DNA of 64,000 bases from Octopus sinensis. Taxonomy: Eukaryota. The translations under genes were made by a program, and so were the position numbers. The DNA is taken from NCBI RefSeq assembly GCF_006345805.1, contig NC_043004.1, positions 60,450,001 to 60,514,000 on the forward strand, read 5' to 3'. The notes under the pieces were generated by a model. The model was not told the origin of the DNA. It saw nothing but the letters and a program-made list of their open reading frames with translations, and made no database searches. This document shows positions 1 through 12,707 of the stretch, in pieces (position 1 is the first letter of the stretch; each line of letters opens with the position of its first letter).

Positions 1-75
1 TATACGAAGCCCAGTATACCCATCATGACTACACATCTGGTAAGAGTAAACCAGGCACATGCATCACAACCATAT
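1..75 (-). mobile_element. Fragment of interspersed repeat (same family as 14516-14950)
   Basis: tatacgaagcccagtatacccatcatgactac...caggcacatgcatcacaaccatat matches about 14561-14635; it breaks off into (CTT)n. Confidence 0.7.
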
Positions 76-229
76 CTTCTTCTTCTTCTTCTTCTTCTTC
101 TTCTTCTTCTTCTTCTTCTTCTTCTTCTTCTTCTTCTTCTTCTTCTTCTTCTTCTTCTTCTTCTTCTTCTACGTCTTCTTCTTCTTCTTCTTCTACGTCT
201 TCTTCTTCTTCTTCTTCTTCTTCTTCTTT

Positions 230-262
<33 letters not shown>
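76..262. repeat. (CTT)n/(GAA)n microsatellite
   Basis: Near-perfect trinucleotide tract; explains the poly-L/F/E ORFs at 25-363. Confidence 0.98.
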
Positions 263-1239
263 ATTGCCATGTGCAGTCACTGATACTCGGGCTTACAAAA
301 TGGCTTCATTGCATTCGTCTTTTGAGATCATTCCCTTATCGCGTTTCTTGCCATAATCTCTGAATGTTTGACAATTGATTGTGCTCTTCACCACATATCT
401 CAACGTTTATTTCTTCAGTGCATCGGAAAATTGAGGAAAATTATTTGTCACTTATATTCCATTACATTACAATTTGAATAGAAATACCACCGAAGTTAAC
501 GTTATTCTTATCCCCGAGATCAATAGAGAACTAGTGTGCTACTAAAAACAATGTTATCGACTTGCCGATATGATATACAAATTTAAGTTCCTCAAAAATC
601 CCAGCAGTCTCATTGTGATGGACCTCCTTAACTTTCCGCCAACAAGAATAAATTCAGCAGTGACGTTCCACATTCTTTCTAGAATGCATAGTTGGTAATT
701 CGCTTTAATTCTTTAACTCTAAGTGAAGATCACCAGGTTCTGAAATATCAATAATGTATGTTTAGGGACATTGATCGCAAATATGATGTCCAGTCGCTTA
801 TAGTTGGTTACTCTGGGCGATTGTATATTAAAGTCCCACATACCTTTAGTGCTTCTCTGCTCTATAACTGGCTAACCCTGCGTTTTTCAAATATAGCAAA
901 TATGAAAAAATATATTTCTCTTGCGTAGATGACTACTGAGCAACTTGTTAAACGCTTTGCACTTAATGAATAATTTTTGTTTTCAATTATTTTACGCACA
1001 ATTAATTTAGCTGTATTCTAAAATTTAATTCGCTATTATATTCTATTTTAACTTTTGACGTTTGGGAAATATCGTAATGTAGCTATATGAGTATGCATGC
1101 ATACATATATACGCACACATACATGCATACACATAAATACATACACACACACATATATATACATGTATATACACATATATATAAATAATATATATATGCA
1201 AATATATATATATATATATACACACATATATATATTCGT

Positions 1240-1620
1240 ATATGCGTATGAAACAATATGAGTAAAAAAACAATATGAAATACGAAAACAAATGAGTTCA
1301 ATACGCAAAGAACGCGAGAAACAAATGGAAAACAGGACAAGTAGCATAAAGAACGACCCTTCATCAGTTGTCGGCTGTCTCTCTACTCCTCATTTCGAGC
1401 ACTGAACGACAATATGAATCTTCGAATGCAGTTGCTCCCATAAATACCAAAATAAAATTCGGTATTTATGGAGGGTCAAAGTTGGGAACGAAACAGGACA
1501 GTGGAGACATACAAAGAAACCGAACAAAAACAAACACTGAAGGTCGTTAGACCAATACAAGGGTAAAGTATCTAACGCTAGAGAAAGATTTTCTTTACTT
1601 CTCTTAAGTATTCCCCAGCG
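1240..1620 (-). mobile_element. Interspersed repeat family I (probable Penelope-like pLTR remnant)
   Basis: Homologous to 9060-9520 and 27790-28100 (aacaggacaag...gacccttcatcagttgtcggctgtc...ctcctcatttcgagca); carries CTGATGAAGGG on the minus strand. Confidence 0.55.
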
Positions 1621-1839
1621 AACAAGCCAGAAACCTCGATGTCTGGGAATCCAGATTGATGACAGTAGACAGATATGGAGCTTGTACGTCTTTTTCCCAC
1701 AAGAGAAAGTTCTCTCACCGGTAACTGCAGTGAATCTGGCTTTTAGCAGTTGAAATATGTCGCAAACTTATTTTAACTGATCAAGACATTGCTTATGCCT
1801 AAACTCTGATTGGCGCACATACATCGGTAGCATGTGTAC

Positions 1840-1947
<108 letters not shown>

Positions 1948-2696
1948 CGAGAGAGAAGAACCGTAAAAAAACTTATCTCCATGCGTGTTGAATGATCAAT
2001 ATTTAAATAAAGCATCGACAATCCTCCTTGATACAAAATGATGTAAGACCGCCGAGATGAATTAAGTCTAATTTCAGGTTAGCGTGGTTAATACATGACT
2101 AGTCTAATGTTGAATGTACAAACTAAGTAAATCAATTTTTAAAAATTAATTTAAATTTAAATTTAGTCCATACTATATCTTCAGCTGTATACTCATTATT
2201 TTGTAAAAAAACATATATGCATACCTATAAAATATGTTTACCTTCAGTCACCCACATCAAGTCATAATTCAAGGTACACAATATTTCAAAATAGTTAAAG
2301 TGAAAGAAGAAGCCATGTTTCTTCATTCACAGTTCAACACACTTCTGACTTGGCGTTGGGTCGATATCGGAAAATTATGTATATAAGCATAGACAGACAT
2401 AGTGAGAGGGAGAAGAGCAGTTAAAAATCTTATCTCCATGCGTGTTGAATGCTCAACGTGTAAATAAAACATCGACAATTCCCATTGCATATGTAGTATG
2501 TATGTATGTATGTATGTATGTATGTATGTATGTATGTATGTATGTATGTATGTATGTATGGATGGATGGATGGATGGATGGATGGATGGATGGATGTATA
2601 TACATTCGCCATGACTGATCGCTAGCTACTACTCACTACACAGTCTTTATGTTTTCTTTATTTTGTTTCTATTTTCCCTCTTTATTTTCTCTACTC

Positions 2697-2756
2697 TTAC
2701 TCTTTTACTTGTTTCAGTCATTTGACTGCGGCCATGCTGGAGCGCCGCCTTTATAT

Positions 2757-2809
<53 letters not shown>

Positions 2810-2970
2810 CGACAGGCTTCTTTCAGTTTCCGTCTACCAAATCCACTCACAAGGCATTGGACGGCCCGGGGCTATAGTAGAAGACACTTGCCCAAGATGC
2901 CACGCAGTGGGACTGAACCCGGAACGATGTGGTTTGTTAGCAAGCTACTTACCACACAGCCACTCCTCTC
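2697..2970 (-). mobile_element. tRNA-derived SINE family B (CORE-like motif), internally deleted
   Basis: Minus-strand head gagtggctgtgtggtaagtagcttg...ccgggttcagtcccactgcgtggcatcttgggcaagtgtc; tail ...cagtcaaatgactgaaacaagtaaaag; several other copies in the window. Confidence 0.85.
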
Positions 2971-2999
2971 TTTATTTTCTTTCCTTATTTTCTCTCATT

Positions 3000-3140
3000 A
3001 TTTCTTTCTGCGTTCCTTTCTGTAGGAGAGCGTAGGCTCGAAATATTAAAGATTTTTTCATTTCTCGGTCGTTATACAAATAAATCTGTTTGTTGTCTAC
3101 ACCACCTGTCTTCGTCTTTTATTTTTGTGAATTCTCCCTA
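3000..3140 (+). mobile_element. Degenerate Penelope-like terminal repeat with HHR relic
   Basis: GAGC-gtag-GCTC-GAAAT followed by ...caccacctgtcttcgtctttt; homologous copy at 24775-24900; core box decayed. Confidence 0.45.
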
Positions 3141-3649
3141 TACAAAAACACTGACACGCGCGCACACGTTTCTGTGCGTGTGTGTGGCTTTAGTTATACT
3201 AAAGAAACTGCCTCCTTCTTTTGCTTGTTAGGTTCACTCCTCTAAAGAGATGACGACCTCACAGCAGTCCTATTGTGAGAAGTGAAACGCTGAATGGACT
3301 ATCAAAGTGCTTTCATTTCACCCTTACTGCACATGCAGCTTAACAAACCTGTAGAATCGTTTACCACTAAAAATGTAGAAAGGGGTTTAGGGGCAATGAG
3401 AGATGATTACACCAAGAGGATGTAATACTGGCAATAGATGGCATAGACGCAAACTCAGCCACGGAATCCGATAGATTCTCAGCAATCTTTCTCAAGTAAA
3501 GTATCTTATGCAAATCCAGTGCAACTTCTTTTTCAGAGTTTCTTTGCAAATGGCAAGCTCCCGGGCAGATGGAAGTCGGGAGTAAAATGCTCTGTTCATA
3601 AAGAAGGAAACAATGTGTATTATAAAAAATTATATATTGTATCATTTAC

Positions 3650-3728
<79 letters not shown>

Positions 3729-3962
3729 GAGAGAATTTATGTTCAAATATGAGTGAACGAAAATTCGTAGGTGCATGGTGGCAGAATTACCGGTGTATAG
3801 GCACCTCTACACTCTTGGTCGTTGAGTCGGTCCGTAAAATTTCCGGATAATGATAATAATAATTGTGTATATACTCAAGATTTGAGTTCAGTTCCTGTTA
3901 ATATCAGTAAACCTATGTCTATTCAAATACACCCACGCGCGCTCACATACACACACACATAC

Positions 3963-3993
<31 letters not shown>

Positions 3994-3998
3994 TATCC

Positions 3999-4032
<34 letters not shown>

Positions 4033-4035
4033 CTT

Positions 4036-4510
4036 TACGGCCCACAAGGGGCTAAACATAGAGGGGACAAACAAGGACAGACAAAGGGATTAAGTAGATT
4101 ACATCGATCGCCAGTGCGAAACTGGTACTTTTATTTATCGACCCCGAAAGGATGAAAGGCAAAGTCGACCACGGCGGAATTTGAACTCAGAACGTAACGA
4201 CAGACGAAATACCTATTTCTTTACTACCCACAAGGGGCTAAACACAGCGGGGACAAACAAGGACAGACAAACATATTAAGTCGATTACATTGACCCCAGT
4301 GCGTAACCGGTACTTAATTTATCGACCCCGAAAGGATGAAAGGCAAAGTCGACCTCGGGGGAATTTGAACTCAGAACGTAGCGGCAGACGAAATACGGCC
4401 ACGCATTTCGCCCAGCGTGCTAATGTTTCTGCCAGCTCGCCACCTTACAGACGAAATACCGCTAAGCATTTCACCCGGCGCGCTAAAGTTTCTACCAGCT
4501 CGCCGCTATA
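4036..4510 (-). mobile_element. tRNA-derived SINE family A, tandem partial copies
   Basis: Repeated gaaaggatgaaaggcaaagtcgacc..ggcggaatttgaactcagaacg; minus-strand head ggcggcgagctggcagaaacattagcacgctgggc. Confidence 0.85.
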
Positions 4511-5250
4511 TACATATATATATACATATACACACATAATTACTTATATGTGTATGCATACATATTAATGCATGTATGTATGTGATTGTGGCCGTGTGCG
4601 TGTATGTCTGTGTGCAAGTGTGTGTGCCTATGTGCGCGTGTGTGTGTGACCATGCGCTTGTGTGTGTGTGTGTGTGTGCGTGTGTGTGTTTGTGTGTGTG
4701 TGTGCGCGCGCGCGTGTGTGTGTATGTGTGTGCGTGTTTGTCTGCAGATACAAATTCTCATACAGATCTACACAGTAAGTTGAACAAATACTCGAAAGAA
4801 ATAACAATACGGATTTAATAAAACAGAATTATATATATATATGTATTGTATTATTTATTGGATAATATTTCAACTTCAGAGGGTCCTTTGATGATATATA
4901 TTCGACAGACAGTCAGTAGCTGATATTTTAGTCCCTCTATCTTTAAGTTTTTCTTTTTCTTTTGATTTCGTTTTCTTCTTTCGCCATTTCTGTTTCGCTG
5001 TAAGTCTTGAAAAAGGCTCTCCCGTGTTCGAAATATTATCCGATAAAAGAAATAAATAAATAAGACAGAAATAAAGAATTGAAATAGTTTTTATTAAATA
5101 TTCCTTCTTATGGTGTTTAAGTGTGCTTTTAACTCTATCAATATATTGCCGGAAAAATTACTGCGCGGAGAATATTATACATTTATGTCGATAACTACAA
5201 GCACCTATACATATATATGCGCTTATATGTATAAACGTATATGCATATAC

Positions 5251-5302
<52 letters not shown>

Positions 5303-5391
5303 TATATATAATATATTATATATATACGTATATATATCTCTCTCTATATATATATATTCGCTTATACATACATATATATAGACATGTGATT

Positions 5392-5429
<38 letters not shown>

Positions 5430-6008
5430 TATATATACATACATATATATATATATACGTGTATTGCAGTGTGTGTATGTGTTATCTTGTATGTGTGTAT
5501 CATAACATTTTTTTGCGTCCGAGAAAATCTAGACTCATGCCAAAATGTAGGCCGTTAAGCAAAGAAGGCCCAGACTTTTTCTATCAAAATTTAAAGATAA
5601 CTCCATAATCTGTGAGACTTTTTGGAAACATTGCGATGCATGATATTTACGAGAAATTGCAGCATTGGTATTTTTAATAAAAACGTATCTTTTAATATTC
5701 CATCTAAATTCAATAATATTTCGATCTTAATAGATGGTGTGCAATTTCTCTAAACACTTTATACAAACATATTTACATGCACACACCCAAATACATTCAC
5801 ACACACAAACACATTTAACCACTTGCATATAATTATGTCTATCTATCAACCTCTGTATACGTGTGAATACGTATATATGCATATGTGAATATATATCTCT
5901 TATCTACTTATCTAACTTTCTTTCTATCTATCTATCTATTTATCTATCTATCTACCTACCTATCTATCTATGTATCTATCTTTCTCTTTCTCTCTCTCTC
6001 TCTCTCCC

Positions 6009-6126
<118 letters not shown>

Positions 6127-6584
6127 ATGTATGTATGTATGTATGTATTTATGTATCTATGTATGTAGGCATACGTATATAAATCAAAGAAGATTCTGGA
6201 GCCAGAGATGAAATCTTGAAAATATTATCTTTCAGACATCCAAATCAGATTATATTTTTCCTTTTTATCTTTTTTTCTTTTCTTGTTAGCCGACGCCTTG
6301 TGATGTATGAATTTGAGGGTTTTATTAAAATCCGCATTGTTACTGCAATCAAATTTATATAATTGAATCTCGCGTGTATTATATAAAACGGTTTTTGTAG
6401 AGGAAATACAAAGCCGGGACAGAAAGGGTAAATATTAAATTTCATCTCTTAATTATTCTCCTTTCGTCAGAGTCCTTTAAAGTGTTTTACTCTGTCTAAT
6501 TGATCCCGGTACCTTCTTTTAAACTCTGATCAGTATTCTATAGTTTCGTTTTGCCGAGTCGCTAAGTTACTGGGGTATACTCTT

Positions 6585-6775
6585 TTACTCTTTTATTTGA
6601 TTCAGTCAAGGAGCACCGCCGTTAGTCGAGCAAATCGACCCCAGTACTTATTCTTTGGAAGCCTAGTACTTATTCTATTTTTTTTTGGCCGAACCGCTAA
6701 GTTACGGGGACGTAAACACACCAGCATCGGTTGTCAAGCGATGTTGGAGGGACAAATACAGACACACAAACAAAT

Positions 6776-6816
<41 letters not shown>

Positions 6817-6905
6817 TACGACGGGCTTCTTTCAGTTTCCGTCTACCAAATCAACTCACAAGACTTTGGTCGGCCCGAGGTTATAGTAGAAGACACTTGC
6901 CCAAG
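6585..6905 (-). mobile_element. SINE family B, 5'-truncated
   Basis: Colinear with the 56240-56715 copy, including the internal (TA)n. Confidence 0.85.
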
Positions 6906-7769
6906 GTGATATTTTGTACACGTTATGTTCTTTCAGTTTCCGGCAACCAAATCGACTAATTAGATATTCTGTCGTCCCGTGGTTATTGATTGTAGAATCC
7001 ATTTACCCAAGTTGGCACAGAGTAGGACTGAACTATGCAGAGAAGTGTTTCAATATCGGACTTCGTTTCCTACAGCATGAAACGCCTACGTCCACTCCGA
7101 ATATTCATTGGGAAATCAACGTTTAACTTATGTTAATAAAGACGGTTACAAAGGAGTTATAGCACTGTCATTTATGAAGTGAAGACTCCTACACATTCAC
7201 AGAAACACACACACACACACACATACACACACACATACACACACACACACATGTATATATATAATATCTGCTGTTTTCAATAGTTCTCAAAGGCATCGTT
7301 TACCTCTTTTTATTCCACTAAAATCAAGTGATACTTCTTTCTTCTTCTGTAATGTTTTGACGAGTTTCTCAAAAGTTTATTTTATGTTATGGGATTGACA
7401 GACTGCAGTTGATATTATTGACTCTTTTGGTTTCTGAATTTTTTTTTTAATATTTCATTTTTTTTAATCTTTCAATTTCTTTTTTCTTACTTTCTTCTAT
7501 CACTATGTTCCATTGTAATCGTTAAAGAAGGCCTTCTGAAACTGAAATATCCAATAAAACAAGAACTGAAAAATAATAATATAGTCTTTTATTAAAATAT
7601 CTCTCGTGGCATTCAAATCTCCTTTCAAATTTATCGATATATAACTTCAAATATAAGTATTCAGACAATAACTATTTATCTCCCTCTCTATCCTTCTGTC
7701 ACCCCCTCTCTCTCTCTCTCTCCCTCTCTCTCTTTATATATATATATATATATATATACAAAGAGCAAT

Positions 7770-8416
7770 AAAGATTCAAGTTAATTTAAATGAATTTACT
7801 TGAATATGGTACCTAACTTAGATGCACCAAAAAAAACCATACTGATTTAACAATACAGTAATGTGGGGTGATTATAAGCGAGAAAGAAGCAACAAGAATG
7901 GATAGGTTTTTAGTACGATCGTTTCATACAAGGACAGGTTTATTAAAAGTTGCAAAGATTACAGCATATAACGAGTCCCGTACTCATCAGCTAAAATACA
8001 TGTGAGTTCTCTAGACATCCTAGTGTTTGAGGCTATACTCATGAAGTAATGTAGATAATTAATTAACATAACAGATTTCTAAAGTTCATTAAAGTTCTTT
8101 AAAGATGATGAACAGTCTTATCACAGAATTTAAAAAAGTTTTGATAGCATCACAGAGAAGGTGACCTAATCCATATGAATTTCCATAGATATGATGAGGG
8201 ATTATATACTCACAGAAGACAAATTTATCCATTGTTAATTACAACGAGGTGGGTCTCAATTCCTGCTTATTAGCATTACAGAGAGGGTGAATTAATCCTT
8301 TGTATAGATGCACAAATTCCAATGGTGTAGATGTAAATTTCCAACTTTTAATAAAACCTGTCCTTGTATGAAACGACCGTACTAAAAACCTATCCATTCT
8401 TGTTGCTTCTTTCTCG

Positions 8417-8420
<4 letters not shown>
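7770..8420 (-). mobile_element. Penelope-like repeat family H with inverted partial duplication
   Basis: Homologous to 19610-19830 and 28510-28760; about 7880-7950 is an inverted copy of about 8340-8415; contains an HHR. Confidence 0.7.
7908..7996 (-). ncRNA. Type-I hammerhead ribozyme with long stem II
   Basis: Minus: ttttag CTGATGA gtacgggac..(insert)..gtccttgtat GAAAC GATC GTA ctaaaa; 6-bp stem I, palindromic stem III ACGATCGT, GUA site. Confidence 0.8.
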
Positions 8421-8459
<39 letters not shown>

Positions 8460-8470
8460 TATATATATAT

Positions 8471-8565
<95 letters not shown>

Positions 8566-8603
8566 TATATAATATATATATATATAGATATATATATATA
8601 TAT

Positions 8604-8985
8604 GTGGGGACGCAATGGCCCAGTGGTTAGGGCAGCGGACTCGCGGTCATAGGATCGCGGTTTCGATTCCAAGACCGGGCGTTATGAGTGTTTATTGAGT
8701 GAAAACACCTAAAGCGCCACGAGGCTCCGGCAGGGGATGGTGGTGATCCCTGCTGTACTCTTTCACCGCAACTTTCTCTCACTCTTACTTCCTGTTTCTG
8801 TTGTACATGTATTTCAAAGGGCCGGCCTTGTCACTCTCTGTGTCACGCTGAATATCCCCGAGAACTACGTTAAGGGTACACGTGTCTGTGGAGTGCTCAG
8901 CCACTTACACGTTAATTTTACGAGCAGGCTGTTCCGTTGATTCGGATCAACCGGAACCCTCATCGTCGTAACCGACGGAGTGCTT

Positions 8986-8988
<3 letters not shown>
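8604..8988 (+). mobile_element. SINE family C with tRNA-Arg(UCG)-like head
   Basis: gggacgcaatggcccagtggttagggcagcggactcgcggtc...ggtttcgattcc (A and B boxes) plus about 300 bp of unique body; sits between (TA)n tracts. Confidence 0.85.
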
Positions 8989-9054
<66 letters not shown>

Positions 9055-9059
9055 GTATA

Positions 9060-9520
9060 AATCGATCTCCTCATTTCAAGCATTGAACGACATTATGAAT
9101 CTTCGAAGACAGTTGGTCTCTCTTTACTCTATCTCGTTACTCCCAAAGACCACCGTCCATCTTTCCTTTCCTTGCGTGATCATCATTCTTTCCTTTCGGG
9201 GCTTTCCTAAAACCTGTAGATATCCTATATCTCTCTCTTGTCAAAGAAAATATTTCTCCAGCGTTCCATATTTTACTCTCGTTCAGGTGTTTGTGTTCGG
9301 TTTCCTTGTATGTCTCCACTGTCCTGTTATTGTTCCTAACTTTGACACTCCATAAATCCCCAATTTTTTTTTGGTACATATAGGAGCAACTGTCTTCGCA
9401 GATTCATATTGTCATTCAATGCTCGAAATGAGGAGTAGATAGACAGCCGACCACTGATGAAGGGTCGTTCGTTATACTACTTGTCCTGTTTTCCATTTTT
9501 TATCTTGTTTGCGAATTAAA
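9060..9520 (-). mobile_element. Repeat family I with inverted terminal segment
   Basis: 9067-9117 is the reverse complement of about 9388-9438; body is the reverse complement of 1300-1600. Confidence 0.65.
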
Positions 9521-10316
9521 CTCATTTACATATATATATATATTATTTGATTGAACACCATTCATCCATTTCCGAGTAGGTGTGTATATATATATATATG
9601 TATGTATGTATGTATATGTGAGTACGTTAGTTCAGTATTGCAGAGTGCAAACAATTTCACTTTGCAGTCACCATATTTAGGCTTCAATTTCTTACACAGA
9701 ATATCTATATCCTTCTCTGTAGCTTCGTCCGCCTTCTATTTTTGAGTGACACATGCTAGACGGAAACTGTACAGAACCTAGTTAGGTTGAATATATCTGT
9801 AATTGAAATTTATAGCCTTATCATTCTCCTTGTTATTACACTTTTTCTGATATTTCTGCGTGAATTCACAGGCTTATTACCATTTATGTTTAGTCAAATA
9901 TTATGAATCGTTGACGTATTTGCTCAGTTTATAAAACTCCTTATGAATAATACATCGTAGTGTAATAAGCCTCAATAACATGTTTATTGTTTCATTGGTC
10001 AATTTCTGTTTCTTGATTTCAATAGTAGTTGCTAGCCGTTGGTATGGTGAGTCGTCAAAAGCGTTTGTCTTGTTGTAGGTGACCTTAAACCCAATATTTT
10101 AATGACGATTTGAAACAGGAGTAAATCTTTCGGCCTATCATTGGTTCCTCTCGGGGTGACGCGGCCTTTATTGAAATGAGAGACGACAGATCCTGTGTAA
10201 ACTCTGATTTGTCATCATTGAGACACTAAAGGATTTTAAGTAGGTCCAACGGGGACACAGCATCTGCATAGATTATTCACCATAGATCAAAAAAGGCCTA
10301 TTTACCCTTAACTCAC

Positions 10317-10511
10317 CTTGTTAAAAGCTTCCACATCAATGGTAAGCAACTGATTACTCAATAATAACTTGCTATATTGCCTTTGCTTGTCTTTCATAAA
10401 GCGTACTTTTTTACCTCTCGTCATCAAATTGGGTCTCATTCCTCCACTCAGATAATCCTGAAGTTGTTTCTTCATTCTCCCATGTAAGCAACTACATTTC
10501 TTCCCCAGTAC
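10317..10511 (-). CDS. Internal coding exon of an unidentified host gene (65 codons)
   Basis: tttatttcaaag|GTA...AACAAG|gtgagt; 195 nt, phase 0/0, open: VLGKKCSCLHGRMKKQLQDYLSGGMRPNLMTRGKKVRFMKDKQRQYSKLLLSNQLLTIDVEAFNK. Confidence 0.6.
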
Positions 10512-10603
10512 CTTTGAAATAAATATGATTTTCATCATCATAACCACCGCCACCGCCACCACCAACATCACTACAATAACAACAACAACTACTACTGTTG
10601 CTG

Positions 10604-10639
<36 letters not shown>

Positions 10640-11109
10640 AGCAGCGAACTAGCTGGCAGAACCATTACCACGCAGTGTAGGAAGGATCATGAAAAGTATT
10701 TGTCCTACCTGAAAGAGACTTTCAACCCAATATTGTTAAAGTTTAAACGAAAGCAAACATGTCGATCCATGTTTGGTTCCTATTAGGGTTACGCAGCTCA
10801 CACTGAAACGAGAGACAGCCGATGCGGCATGGGCTCTGATTTATCAACATTAAGGCACTATGGATTTGTAAGTGAGGTCCTACACGGACACAGTCTCTGC
10901 ATAGATTGTTCCCCATAGATCAAAAAAGCCTATCGATACTAAAGTAAGACAGGTTATCCTATGCTGGTGGTCAATCCAGTAAATTGCACCGTAGGAATTT
11001 TATATCAGACTTCTTGGTCATAAGCGAGTTCTTTAACCACGAGTTTGTCCTGAGTTCTCCTATTCTTTTATAATTAATATTATTATCATTAGCATTATTA
11101 CAGAGGTGA

Positions 11110-11310
11110 TTAGTAGGTAGAATCGTTAGCACGAAGGGCAAAATGCTTAGCAGCATTTCATCCGGCTTATCATTCTCAGTTCAAATTCCACCGAGGTCGA
11201 CTTTGGTTTTCATGCTTTCGTGCGGTGATGAAATAAAAGTACCAGTTGAATACTCAGGTCGCTCTAATCGACTTAGCCCGCTCCCGGAATCGTTGACCTC
11301 GTACCCATTA
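11110..11310 (+). mobile_element. SINE family A
   Basis: gtagaatcgttagcacg..caaaatgcttagc..ttctcagttcaaattccaccgaggtcgacttt..agtaccagttgaatact. Confidence 0.8.
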
Positions 11311-11407
11311 TTATTGTTGTTGCTGTTACTACTATTACTACTACTGCTGCTGCTGCTGTTGCTGCTACTGCTGCTGCTGTTGCTACAACTACTACTGCTG
11401 CTACTAC

Positions 11408-11506
<99 letters not shown>

Positions 11507-11507
11507 G
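11310..11507. repeat. Compound (CTR)n-(TTA)n-(GTA)n microsatellite
   Basis: Direct reading. Confidence 0.95.
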
Positions 11508-11565
11508 GTAGTATTTACTATTTAAAATACAATCTGCATTAATGGAATAAAAAAGAATTTGGTTT

Positions 11566-11601
<36 letters not shown>

Positions 11602-11605
11602 ATAT

Positions 11606-11989
11606 ATATGGGCTCTTAGGAGCATAGTTCGATTTGTTTTTGCTCCGCCTCTGTTCTGTTTTTGTTTTTCCAACGGATTTCCTATTTTCTTCCTGAAGAG
11701 AAAGACACAATATGGTCCCATTATTCAATCGGATTTTGGTAATTTGTGCCTTTCGAAACACGTGTAGAATGAAATAAAACGATTTCTGTTCAATCTGCGT
11801 TCAGCTCCATTTCTTCAATTCACCAATAATGTTTTAATTTCAATATCCGCACCAACGCACGGTTGCAACACCATATGGTTGTACCTCCAACCGTGCTGTT
11901 TACTGCTGTGATTTTTGCTACTAAGGTATCGGTTAAACTTTTGATTAATCTACTACAAGATTATTCATCTTACTATTTCACATAATATA

Positions 11990-11990
<1 letters not shown>
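11606..11990 (+). mobile_element. HHR-bearing repeat family G (Penelope-like pLTR/retrozyme monomer)
   Basis: Colinear with 22563-22920 from atgggctc.. to ..ggtatcggttaaa..; both ends in (TA)n. Confidence 0.7.
11684..11775 (+). ncRNA. Type-I hammerhead ribozyme with long stem II
   Basis: attttcttc CTGAAGA gaaagacacaa..ttgtgcctttc GAAAC ACGT GTA gaatgaaat; palindromic stem III ACACGTGT. Confidence 0.75.
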
Positions 11991-12031
<41 letters not shown>

Positions 12032-12584
12032 TTCTTCTGAAACTTAACCGTAGAAAGTTTTGACATTTACCCTATGACGGTATAGGTTAAGGCATTTAAA
12101 AAAAAATAATATTCCATTTTATGATCGAGTAAATTCCTTAGAATACGAGCGCCTTGTTATTCAGTATAACAATACCCAAAAATAAAAGGGGAAAAAAACA
12201 AATACAAATATTGAAATGAGCAATATGGCTTCCTGAATAAATCAAGATGTAAAGGAACAGTTTTAAACATAGCGATATCCTTGTAGTTATAAATGGGAGG
12301 AAATAATAAAGAATACAAGAGAGCAACTCAAATAATCGCATAGAAAACAATGCCTTTCACAACAACATTAACGTTTGGTACATATGTACAGGCCCATCCT
12401 CATAAAATATTTTTTTACCAATGCACGCGCGTGACTTCATTGTATGCAAGCGTAGTTTTAAATGAAAGGCGCTCGCTGTGGAAATTTTCATTCAGAGAAC
12501 AAGAGGAAGGTAATACTTCGTACACAGGGCTGTGTTCTCAGTATTAGAAACTAATCCTGAAGCATGAGTGAAAAGTAAATTTAC

Positions 12585-12707
12585 CTGCCAATATTTCATC
12601 AAAGCCACAGAAGTTTCCTTCTGCTCTCCAAAGAACGAAAAAGGTAACTTTCTCAGATAAGATGGAAAGAAATATACTTCATCGCGAGAATTAAGTCGGA
12701 TGATATG
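12585..12707 (-). CDS. Internal coding exon of an unidentified host gene (41 codons)
   Basis: aatacacag|CAT...TGGCAG|gtaaat; 123 nt, phase 0/0, open: HIIRLNSRDEVYFFPSYLRKLPFSFFGEQKETSVALMKYWQ; splices in frame to 10511. Confidence 0.55.

Noticed and set aside
298-740. Minus-strand exons (DYGKKRDKGMISKDECNEAI micro-exon; longer frames upstream)
   Set aside because: Splice-like sites exist, but frames are short or interrupted and cannot be linked in phase to the supported exons
1340-1440. Hammerhead in repeat family I (CTGATGAAGGG and GCTCGAAAT motifs)
   Set aside because: The two boxes are in the wrong order or lack a convincing stem II/III, so no complete fold could be drawn
3367-3645. 92-aa minus ORF as a continuation of the host gene
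   Set aside because: A phase-0 acceptor is possible, but there is no convincing donor and no recognisable motif
8604-8680. tRNA-Arg gene (also 46593 and the tRNA-like heads of the other SINEs)
   Set aside because: A and B boxes are present but no complete cloverleaf was seen, and each continues into a shared SINE body
12640-12690. FFPSY motif as evidence for an XPD/DDX11-type helicase
   Set aside because: The surrounding residues do not follow the helicase motif; five residues are not enough
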